From Candidatus Mediterraneibacter stercoravium (GTDB lineage: Bacteria > Bacillota > Clostridia > Lachnospirales > Lachnospiraceae), in the NCBI GenBank assembly GCA_019116845.1, contig DXAY01000001.1, forward strand, positions 1-39,171: a DNA stretch of 39,171 nucleotides, written 5' to 3'. The position numbers and the translations under genes were made by a program. The notes beneath the pieces were generated by a model, which was not told the DNA's origin, searched no databases, and saw only the letters and a program-made list of their open reading frames with translations. How positions within the stretch are numbered: the first letter of the stretch is position 1; each line of letters begins with the position of its first letter. This document shows, piece by piece, positions 25,884 through 33,853 of this stretch.

Positions 25884-27110
25884 ATGGAACTGCTGCATAC
25901 AGATACACTGGAGGAAGCCAGAGAAAAACTGTGGAAAGAGACCAGGGAAATGGATATGAAAACCCGAAAGGTAAAGGCTCAGGAGACGCCGGGGCGGATC
26001 AGCGCTTCGGATGTGGTTTCAGATGAGAACATTCCGCCCTTTGACCGGTCTGTTGTGGACGGCTATGCAGTCCGGGCCAGGGAGACGTACGGTGCAGGAG
26101 AGGCATCTCCCGTATTCTTCAGGGTGACAGGACAGGTGAGGATCGAGGAAGCGGCCGGGACCCTTTCCGGCTGTCAGGAAGCGGTGCGCCTGCAGACCGG
26201 TTCCATGATACCGGACGGAGCGGACGCAGTCGTGATGTCGGAGTATACAGAGGAGTATGCGCCGGGAAGGATCGCCTGCATCCGTGCGGTCAGTGAAGGG
26301 GAAAACATTATCCGTGCCGGTGAGGACGTACGCCGGGGCGAATGTATCATCCGGAGAGGACAGAAGATAGGCGTCGGGGAAGCCGGCATGCTGGCCGGCC
26401 TGGGGATAAGGGAAATCCAGGTGTACCTCAGACCGTCTGTGGCGATTCTGTCTACGGGAGACGAGCTGGCCGGCGGGGATGAACCTCTGACAGCGGGCAG
26501 AATACGGGATATCAATACCTCCGCGCTGTCGGCGGCGGCTCTGGAGTATGGGATGGAGATCTGCCTCAGTCGAAGGGTAAGAGATGAAGAAAGGGAGATA
26601 CGGCAGGCGGTGGAGGAAGCTGCGGAAAAAAGCGATATTGTTCTCATCTCGGGAGGAAGTTCCAAGGGGGATAAGGATTTTACGAAGAGGGTTCTGGAAG
26701 AGATTACGGGAAATGTTTTTACTCACGGAATAGCTGTCAGACCGGGAAAGCCGACCATTCTTGCGTATGACAGAGAACGCAGAGCCGTCATTGCGGGACT
26801 GCCGGGACATCCCATGGCGGCCGTGATTATGTTCCGGCTTCTGATCCGTGACTGGTACCGCAGGAAGACCGGAAGTCCGGAGCCGCTTAAGATCCCGGCT
26901 GTAATGAAGGAGAATGTGTCCAGCAACCAGGGGAGGGCGACCTGCCTTCCGGTCAGACTGGTGCCGGGGGCAGACGGATACGAGGCGGTCCCGGTCTATG
27001 CGAAGTCCGGAAGTATTTCAGCCCTTGCGAAGGCGGATGCCTTCATTATGATTCCCAGGAACAGGGAGGGGCTCAGGAAAGGAGAGAAGGTTAAGGCCGA
27101 ACTGTTATGA
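25884..27110 (+). CDS. moeA: Molybdopterin metal (Mo/W) insertase MoeA
   Basis: PPFDRSVVDGYAV, TG-MIP-GADAVVM-E, STGDEL, SGGSS-G--D, RPGKP and GLPGHP. Confidence 0.9.
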   Translation: MELLHTDTLEEAREKLWKETREMDMKTRKVKAQETPGRISASDVVSDENIPPFDRSVVDGYAVRARETYGAGEASPVFFRVTGQVRIEEAAGTLSGCQEAVRLQTGSMIPDGADAVVMSEYTEEYAPGRIACIRAVSEGENIIRAGEDVRRGECIIRRGQKIGVGEAGMLAGLGIREIQVYLRPSVAILSTGDELAGGDEPLTAGRIRDINTSALSAAALEYGMEICLSRRVRDEEREIRQAVEEAAEKSDIVLISGGSSKGDKDFTKRVLEEITGNVFTHGIAVRPGKPTILAYDRERRAVIAGLPGHPMAAVIMFRLLIRDWYRRKTGSPEPLKIPAVMKENVSSNQGRATCLPVRLVPGADGYEAVPVYAKSGSISALAKADAFIMIPRNREGLRKGEKVKAELL

Positions 27111-29029
27111 AGCGGAACCTATATCTTGATGTACAGGAGAAGGAAGAAGCGCTGGAGAATTTCCTGGGCGCTCTTGCGCATATCAGACCGGAGAAGCAGG
27201 TTGTCTCTGTGACAGAGAGCCTGGGACGGGTGACGGCGGAGGCGGTATACGCCCGCTGTTCCAGTCCGTCCTATAACTCATGCGCCATGGACGGAATTGC
27301 GGTGATCAGTTCCCATACAAAAGGCGCGTCCGAGAACAGTCCGGTCCTGCTGGAATATGAAAAGGATTATGTGGATGTGGATACCGGAGATATGATCCGC
27401 CCGCCTTATGACGCGGTCATCATGGCAGAGGATCTGATCGAGACGGAGGACGGGTACCGGATCATTGCTCCCACACATCCGTTTGCACATGTGAGAGCTG
27501 TCGGAGAGGACATTGTCACCAGCGAGATGGTTCTGCCGTCGGGACATGAGATCCGTGCCATCGATATTTCCGTGCTGCTGTCGGCCGGAGTGACAGAGAT
27601 TCCGGTGATCCGCAGACCCGTGGCAGGGATTATACCCACAGGGGATGAGATGGTGGATTTTCGGGAAGCGCTGGAAGGAGGCGGCCCGGAAGACGGGAAA
27701 ATCATAGAGACGAATTCATGGATGTTCGACGGCCTGATAAGGGAGAACGGAGGCACTGCAAAGCGTTACGGGATCGTACCGGATCGTCCGGAGATGCTTA
27801 AGAAGGCTGTGCTCTCGGCGGTGGAAGAATGTGACATCGTCATTGTAAATGCGGGCTCAAGCGCGGGAAGGGACGATTATACGATCCATGTGATCCGTGA
27901 GCTGGGAGAGGTGCTGACTCATGGCGTCGCAATCAAGCCGGGAAAGCCGGTCATACTGGGAAAGGTAAAGGGCAGGCCTGTGATCGGACTTCCGGGTTAT
28001 CCAGTATCTGCATACCTGACGTTTACAGAATTCGTGATTCCGGTGATGAATCTCTTTCTGAACCGTGAGAGGGGACGGGAGGAGAAGATAAAGGCAAGAC
28101 TGACGAAGACGCTGATGTCAGGACTGAAATATGAGGAGTATGTCCGGGTGAAGCTTGGAATGGTGGACGGACAGATGATCGCTGCGCCTCTGAAACGGGG
28201 GGCCGGGGCATCCATGTCTCTGGTAAAGGCCGACGGATTCTGCGTGATACCGCAGAACAGTGAAGGCATTATGGCGCATGAGGAGGTTGAGGTAAAGCTT
28301 CTCAGAAAACCGGAGCAGATTGAGAAGACGCTGGTGCTGATCGGAAGTCATGACATCATACTGGATGTGCTGAATGATCTGATGAAGGAAAAGCGGTCGG
28401 GCATGAGTCTGTCCTCCACTCATGTGGGGTCTCTGGCGGGGCTGATCGCTCTGAGAAAGAGAGAGACTCATCTGGCGCCGTCCCATCTGCTGTGCGAAGA
28501 GGACGGAAGTTACAACGAGGCGGTGATCCGGGAGATGTTTCCGGGAGAGCGGATGGCGATTATCAAAGGAGTGAGACGGCGTCAGGGATTTATCGTGAAG
28601 AAAGGAAATCCTCTGAATATACGGTCTGTACGTGATATTACGCCGGAGATCCGTTATATCAACAGGCAGAAAGGGGCCGGCACGCGTGTGCTGTTTGATT
28701 ATCTGCTGAAAAAGGAAGGAATCTCTCCGGCTAATATACAGGGCTATGAAAATGAAGCGGCGACACACATGAGCGTTGCCGTGGCGGTTCAGAAAGACAA
28801 CGCGGATACGGGGATGGGAATCTATTCCTGTGCGAAAGCCCTGGGTCTTGACTTTGTGGACGCCGCATTCGAGGAGTATGATTTCGTGACATATGCCGAA
28901 TATCTGGAACTGCCGTCAGTGCAGGAGTTTCTGTGCGCACTGACGGGAGAAGAGTTCGGCCGGCACCTGGATGAACTGGGAGGATACAGCCGGGAGGAGA
29001 TCGGGAAGATCCGGCTGATCAGCCCGTGA
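27107..29029 (+). CDS. MoeA fused to a periplasmic-binding-protein-like domain
   Basis: AMDGIAV, AGSSAGRDDY, IKPGKP and GLPGYP, followed by GSHD, VGSLAGL, INRQKGAGTR and TH.-VA..V. Confidence 0.9.
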   Translation: MKRNLYLDVQEKEEALENFLGALAHIRPEKQVVSVTESLGRVTAEAVYARCSSPSYNSCAMDGIAVISSHTKGASENSPVLLEYEKDYVDVDTGDMIRPPYDAVIMAEDLIETEDGYRIIAPTHPFAHVRAVGEDIVTSEMVLPSGHEIRAIDISVLLSAGVTEIPVIRRPVAGIIPTGDEMVDFREALEGGGPEDGKIIETNSWMFDGLIRENGGTAKRYGIVPDRPEMLKKAVLSAVEECDIVIVNAGSSAGRDDYTIHVIRELGEVLTHGVAIKPGKPVILGKVKGRPVIGLPGYPVSAYLTFTEFVIPVMNLFLNRERGREEKIKARLTKTLMSGLKYEEYVRVKLGMVDGQMIAAPLKRGAGASMSLVKADGFCVIPQNSEGIMAHEEVEVKLLRKPEQIEKTLVLIGSHDIILDVLNDLMKEKRSGMSLSSTHVGSLAGLIALRKRETHLAPSHLLCEEDGSYNEAVIREMFPGERMAIIKGVRRRQGFIVKKGNPLNIRSVRDITPEIRYINRQKGAGTRVLFDYLLKKEGISPANIQGYENEAATHMSVAVAVQKDNADTGMGIYSCAKALGLDFVDAAFEEYDFVTYAEYLELPSVQEFLCALTGEEFGRHLDELGGYSREEIGKIRLISP

Positions 29030-29059
29030 CAGCTTCCGGCAGGGGAAAGGAGGAGCTTT

Positions 29060-29722
29060 ATGTTTGAGAAGAATCTGGAGTTCCTGGAAGAGGAAGAGAC
29101 GGAAAGGATACGGGGGGTGAGAGCGGCAGTCATCGGACTTGGGGCTCTCGGACAGATGGCTGCGCATGAGCTTGTGCGGGGCGGAATGGAGAGGCTGACT
29201 CTTGTGGACGGAGATGTGATGGAGCAGAGCAATCTTAACCGGCAGCTTTATGCCGACATCCTTACCCTGCACCATCCGAAGGCGGAGATTCTGTCAGAGC
29301 GGCTGGGAGATATCAGCCCCAGGCTGAAAATAAAAGCATATCCGGTATTCCTGGACAGAATGAACGCGGGGGATATTCTCCGGGATGCGGACATGATACT
29401 GGACTGTGTGGACAATATCCATGCAAAGCTGTACCTGGAAGAGGCTGCCGAAGCGCTTGGAATACCTCTCATTCACGGCGCTGTGGAGGGATGGTGCGGA
29501 CAGGCCGCAGTGATATACCCCGGGGACCGGCTCCTTTCGGTGGTCTATGAAAAGCAGAGGGAGCAGAAGAGGGCGGCGCTGATGCCTGCGGTGGGCGTCA
29601 TTGCGTCCGTGCAGGCCTGTGAGGCTCTTAAGATCGCCGCAGGAAAGAAGTGCGCATTGCAGGGGAAACTTTTCTGCGCAGACCTGCTGAACAGCGAATT
29701 CGAGTGTATTCCATTCAGCTGA
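29060..29722 (+). CDS. HesA/MoeB/ThiF family adenylyltransferase
   Basis: VIGLGALG, VDGD-ME-SNLNRQ, DCVDN and A-EALK. Confidence 0.85.
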   Translation: MFEKNLEFLEEEETERIRGVRAAVIGLGALGQMAAHELVRGGMERLTLVDGDVMEQSNLNRQLYADILTLHHPKAEILSERLGDISPRLKIKAYPVFLDRMNAGDILRDADMILDCVDNIHAKLYLEEAAEALGIPLIHGAVEGWCGQAAVIYPGDRLLSVVYEKQREQKRAALMPAVGVIASVQACEALKIAAGKKCALQGKLFCADLLNSEFECIPFS

Positions 29723-29747
29723 GGACAGAAAATGAGGAGGTGGCAAA

Positions 29748-31691
29748 ATGGCGTCAAAATACGGAGGCTATATGGGAAAAGTGCTGAAGATTGATCTGAC
29801 TTCCCGGCAGGTATCCGAATATCCCTTTTCGGACGAGGACAGGGAACTCTATATCGGAGGGAAAACGATGGCGGCGAAGATCCTTGGGGATCATATGACG
29901 GGGAAGGAGAAAGCGTTCTCCGAGGACAATCTTCTTGTGGTGACCACGGGACCCATGACCGGGTCAGGAGCGCCCAGCTCCAGCAGATTTAATATTTCAA
30001 CACTGTCGCCCCAGACCGGATACATCACATCCTCCAACTGCGGAGGGCATTTCGGGTATTATCTGAAGAAAGCCGGTCTGGATGCCCTGATTCTGACAGG
30101 AAGGTGTGATAAGCCGACCTGGATCGAGATACAGAATGAAAAGGTCATATTCCATGACGCCGGGGATATCTGGGGGATGAAGACCGGCGAGACCCAGAAG
30201 GCGCTGGATGATAAGCTGCGAATGAAGAACGGACGTGTGCGCAAAAACGGCAAGATATGTATCGGCCCGGCAGGAGAAAATCTGGTACTGTATTCCTGCA
30301 TTGTCTCCAATGAACGGGTCTCGGGACGGGGAGGAACCGGGGCTGTCATGGGCTGGATGAGGCTGAAGGCAGTCTGCGCGTCGGGCAATAAGGAAGTGCC
30401 CGTCCATGACAAAGAGAAGATGGTGAAGCACACCCGGAAATGGTTCCGTTATCTCAGAGAACACCCTCTCACCGGGAATCAGCTCCCCCGTCTTGGAACG
30501 GCAGGACTTGTCAGCGCCATGCAGATGAAGCATATCCTCTCGACGAAGAATTATACTTACGGGCAGTTTGATGAGTTTGAAAAGGTCAGCGGAGAGGAAC
30601 TGGCGGAAAAGTATAATATTGTGAATAAAGGATGTCTGACCTGTCCTATCCGCTGCGCCCGTACGGTAGAAGTAAACGGGCAGCAGGTAAAGGGGCCGGA
30701 GCTTGAGACTCTGGTGCTCCTGGGCGGCGGAATTCTGAATGACAACCTGGAATCCATTCTGAAATGGAACTATGAGCTGGACGAACTTGGAATGGATACA
30801 ATCTCCTGTGCCAATACGATCTCCTACGCCATGGAAGCGAATGAAAAGGGGCTGTGGGATAACGGGCTGAAATTTTCGGAAACTGCGGAACTCTCACAGA
30901 TCTTTGAGGACATCGCATTTCGGAGAGGGATAGGAGATGAACTGGCTCTGGGAAGTAAAAGACTGTCGGAAAAATACGGCGGGAAGGAGTTTGCCATTCA
31001 CGCAAAAGGGATGGAGCTTGCGGCTTACGAACCCCGCAGGGCAGCAGGACTGGGTCTTGGATATGCGACCAGCAACCGGGGCGGCTGCCATCTGAACGGA
31101 GGGTATCTGGTCATCCTGGAAGGACTGGGACTGTCAATGAATCAGACAACATATCACGGAAAAGCAGATCTGACGATGCTGTTTCAGGATCTGATGGAGA
31201 TGATCTCCGCCGCAGGACAGTGTCTGTTCACCAGCTATGCATTCTTCCCGGCTCCGCTTATGAAGCACCCCAACGCATGGTATACCCGTCTGATCAACAA
31301 AGTGCTTCCGTACAGCGGCGCGGTCGTCCGCATTATTAACAAGTATCCGGAGATCGCCTGTTTTCATCTTCCGGTGTTTCACCACACGAAAGGCTTCGAG
31401 TATACGACAGGAATGAAAATGACGTTTGGAAATTATATCCGCTGCGGGGAGCGGGGATATAATCTGGAGCGGGAGATTAACCGACGTTTCGGAGTCAATG
31501 CAAATAAGGATGCCCTGCCGAAACGGCTGACACAGTCTCTGCAGGATCCGGATGATCCGGATTCCAGAGTGCCGCTGGAGAAAATGAAGAAGGTGTACTA
31601 TCATGCCCGGGGCTGGAACAGAGACGGACTGCCCACAGAGCGGACGCTGCGGAAACTGAAGATACTGCAGGACACACGGAGGAGTGAGTGA
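29748..31691 (+). CDS. aor: Tungsten-dependent aldehyde:ferredoxin oxidoreductase family enzyme
   Basis: GYMGK-L-IDL, SP-TG, S-CGG-FG, IGPAGEN, GRGG-GAVMG, CxxCxxxC (CLTCPIRC), GPE-ET, DELGMDTIS, YATSNRGGCH and YY-ARGW. Confidence 0.92.
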   Translation: MASKYGGYMGKVLKIDLTSRQVSEYPFSDEDRELYIGGKTMAAKILGDHMTGKEKAFSEDNLLVVTTGPMTGSGAPSSSRFNISTLSPQTGYITSSNCGGHFGYYLKKAGLDALILTGRCDKPTWIEIQNEKVIFHDAGDIWGMKTGETQKALDDKLRMKNGRVRKNGKICIGPAGENLVLYSCIVSNERVSGRGGTGAVMGWMRLKAVCASGNKEVPVHDKEKMVKHTRKWFRYLREHPLTGNQLPRLGTAGLVSAMQMKHILSTKNYTYGQFDEFEKVSGEELAEKYNIVNKGCLTCPIRCARTVEVNGQQVKGPELETLVLLGGGILNDNLESILKWNYELDELGMDTISCANTISYAMEANEKGLWDNGLKFSETAELSQIFEDIAFRRGIGDELALGSKRLSEKYGGKEFAIHAKGMELAAYEPRRAAGLGLGYATSNRGGCHLNGGYLVILEGLGLSMNQTTYHGKADLTMLFQDLMEMISAAGQCLFTSYAFFPAPLMKHPNAWYTRLINKVLPYSGAVVRIINKYPEIACFHLPVFHHTKGFEYTTGMKMTFGNYIRCGERGYNLEREINRRFGVNANKDALPKRLTQSLQDPDDPDSRVPLEKMKKVYYHARGWNRDGLPTERTLRKLKILQDTRRSE

Positions 31692-31692
31692 C

Positions 31693-31917
31693 ATGGTCAG
31701 AGTAAAGATATTCGGCACGGCCAGACTGAAGGCCGGTGTGGGAACATTTGAACGGGATGTGAAAAATGTAGACGAGCTGCTGGATGTAATACCGAATCTG
31801 ACGAGAAAAGAGGCGAAGGATCTGGTTCTGCTCGTCAACGGGAAACCGGCGGGGAGGAGGTATCGTTTCCGGGACGGAGATGAGGTTGTGCTGCTGGCGC
31901 CTGCGGGAGGAGGTTGA
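31693..31917 (+). CDS. moaD: MoaD/ThiS family sulfur carrier
   Basis: Ubiquitin-like size, LVNG...DGDEV..L-P-GGG with C-terminal Gly-Gly. ATG 31693 is better spaced from the RBS than GTG 31684. Confidence 0.85.
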   Translation: MVRVKIFGTARLKAGVGTFERDVKNVDELLDVIPNLTRKEAKDLVLLVNGKPAGRRYRFRDGDEVVLLAPAGGG

Positions 31918-31919
31918 CA

Positions 31920-33383
31920 ATGAAGAAGAGAAAAGAGATACCATGGATTAATCCGGATACCTGCGCCGGGTGTTCTGTCTGTGTGGTGAACTGTCCCATG
32001 GACTGTATTTCCATCGGGCCGCCGGAGTATCACGGAGATATACACACGATTGCCCGTGCGGATACGGATAAATGCACAGGGTGCGGACTCTGCGCAAAAG
32101 TCTGTCCGATCCGGGCGATTGAGATGAAAAGAGAGGGGAGTGTGAGGATTGCCATGAAGACAAAATGGACGGGAAAGAAAGTATTGTGCCGGATCTTCCA
32201 GTATGGAATGAAGATCGGCATGAATGTACTTCCGTGGAGCACGCCGAAGGTCCTTCGGGGATCCGGGGCTGTCAGGAAACTTCCGGCTGCGGTAAAGCGG
32301 AGAAATTTCAGCAGAGTGCTGATTGTGACGGACGGAACACTTATGAAGCTTCATCTTCTGGACGGAATGCTTGAAGAAATGAAAAAGGAAGGTCTGGAGT
32401 ATGCGATCTATGACGGAGTCGCCCCAAACCCTACGGATGAAAATGTGGAGGAAGGCGTAAGAATGTTCCGCGAGAATCACTGCGACTGTATGATCGCTTT
32501 CGGAGGCGGATCTCCCATGGACTGCGCCAAGGGTGTGGGAGCACGGATCGCAAGACCAAAGAAAACAGTCCGGAAGCTTCAGGGACTGTTCCGCATACTG
32601 AGACCCATACCCGTTATCTTTGCTGTTCCGACCACGGCGGGCACGGGTTCCGAGACGACCATTGCGGCTGTGATTACAGAAGCGCAGACTCATCACAAGG
32701 CCTCGATGAACGACCTGTGTCTGATGCCGAGATATGCGGTGCTTGACCCGGAACTGACAGCGGGGCTTCCTCCGCAGGTGACTTCCACAACCGGGCTGGA
32801 CGCGCTGTGTCATGCGGTTGAGGCATATACCAACAATACATACAACAGCAGGCTGGAAAAGCAGATGTGCAGAAAAGCAGTGCGGCTGATCTACGACAAT
32901 CTCTACCGGGCATATCAGGATGGTTCAGATATGGAAGCGCGTCAGAATATGCAGGAGGCTGCATTCCTGGCCGGACGGTCCTTTACAAGAGGATCGGTGG
33001 GATATGTCCATGCCATAGGACATACCCTGGGCGGACTTTACGGCACTCCGCACGGACTTGCCATGGCCATCCTGCTCCCCCATGTGATGCGGGCTTACGG
33101 GAAAGCTGTATATAAGAGACTGGCGGAACTGTGTGACGTCTGTCAGATTCCGTCTCCGGAGGACAGCGCACAGTCAAAGGCCGAGGCGTTCATCCGCTGG
33201 ATTGAGGAGATGAAAGAGAAGATGGGGATTCCGGACTGTCCGGATATGATACGGGAAGAGGATGTCGATCAGATTGTGGAATGGGCAGAAAAAGAAGGTA
33301 ATCCGCTTTATCCTGTTCCGGTAATATGGAGCAGGAAAGAGTTCCGGGAATTTCTCCTTTCTGTCCGTACAGAGAAGGCGTAA
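31920..33383 (+). CDS. 2[4Fe-4S] ferredoxin domain fused to an iron-containing alcohol dehydrogenase
   Basis: Two CxxCxxCxxxCP motifs in the first ~70 aa, then GGGSPMD-AK, PTTAGTGSE, DALCHAVE, HAIGH and PHG. GGAGG RBS before ATG 31920. Confidence 0.9.
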   Translation: MKKRKEIPWINPDTCAGCSVCVVNCPMDCISIGPPEYHGDIHTIARADTDKCTGCGLCAKVCPIRAIEMKREGSVRIAMKTKWTGKKVLCRIFQYGMKIGMNVLPWSTPKVLRGSGAVRKLPAAVKRRNFSRVLIVTDGTLMKLHLLDGMLEEMKKEGLEYAIYDGVAPNPTDENVEEGVRMFRENHCDCMIAFGGGSPMDCAKGVGARIARPKKTVRKLQGLFRILRPIPVIFAVPTTAGTGSETTIAAVITEAQTHHKASMNDLCLMPRYAVLDPELTAGLPPQVTSTTGLDALCHAVEAYTNNTYNSRLEKQMCRKAVRLIYDNLYRAYQDGSDMEARQNMQEAAFLAGRSFTRGSVGYVHAIGHTLGGLYGTPHGLAMAILLPHVMRAYGKAVYKRLAELCDVCQIPSPEDSAQSKAEAFIRWIEEMKEKMGIPDCPDMIREEDVDQIVEWAEKEGNPLYPVPVIWSRKEFREFLLSVRTEKA

Positions 33384-33463
33384 GATTCGATTTGGGTCGA
33401 AAATCGACGATGGATGTGCTAGAATAGAATGAGATTTGAATTACAGAAAGGCGGGATATTATC

Positions 33464-33823
33464 ATGAAAAAAGAAGTACTGGACTATGTTGTTGAGAAAA
33501 CGAATGAGCTGATCAATGCTCCTTCCTGCAGCAGGGAGGCAAAGGAGGCTGCGAAGGCCTGGCTGGATGCGGCGGGCACTGATAAAGAAGCAGAGGCAAC
33601 GAAAGCATATATTGCGGAGCTTGAAGAAGACATCATGCCGGTGGATAACCTGATCGCGTTTGCCGAAACCGAGATGGGAGCGAAAGTCTTCGGCGGAGAG
33701 GAGGCAGCAAAAGGCGTTGCGGCTCACGGCAGAGAGATCAAAGCGGCGGGCGCGAAATACTGCGACTGCCCGGCGTGCGCGGCTGTGGAGGCGATTTTGG
33801 AGAAAAAGGACCAGATGGTATAA
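33464..33823 (+). CDS. Conserved small helical protein with a C-terminal CDCPAC motif (function unknown)
   Basis: 119 aa with an AAAGG RBS and host-like codon usage. One N-terminal Cys (APSC) plus YCDCPAC. Confidence 0.75.
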   Translation: MKKEVLDYVVEKTNELINAPSCSREAKEAAKAWLDAAGTDKEAEATKAYIAELEEDIMPVDNLIAFAETEMGAKVFGGEEAAKGVAAHGREIKAAGAKYCDCPACAAVEAILEKKDQMV

Positions 33824-33853
33824 GCTGGTATAAAAAACAGAGAGGATTTACAT

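Noticed and set aside
31134-32813. 559-aa minus-strand ORF across aor/moaD/adh
   Set aside because: Antisense shadow ORF with no domain features.
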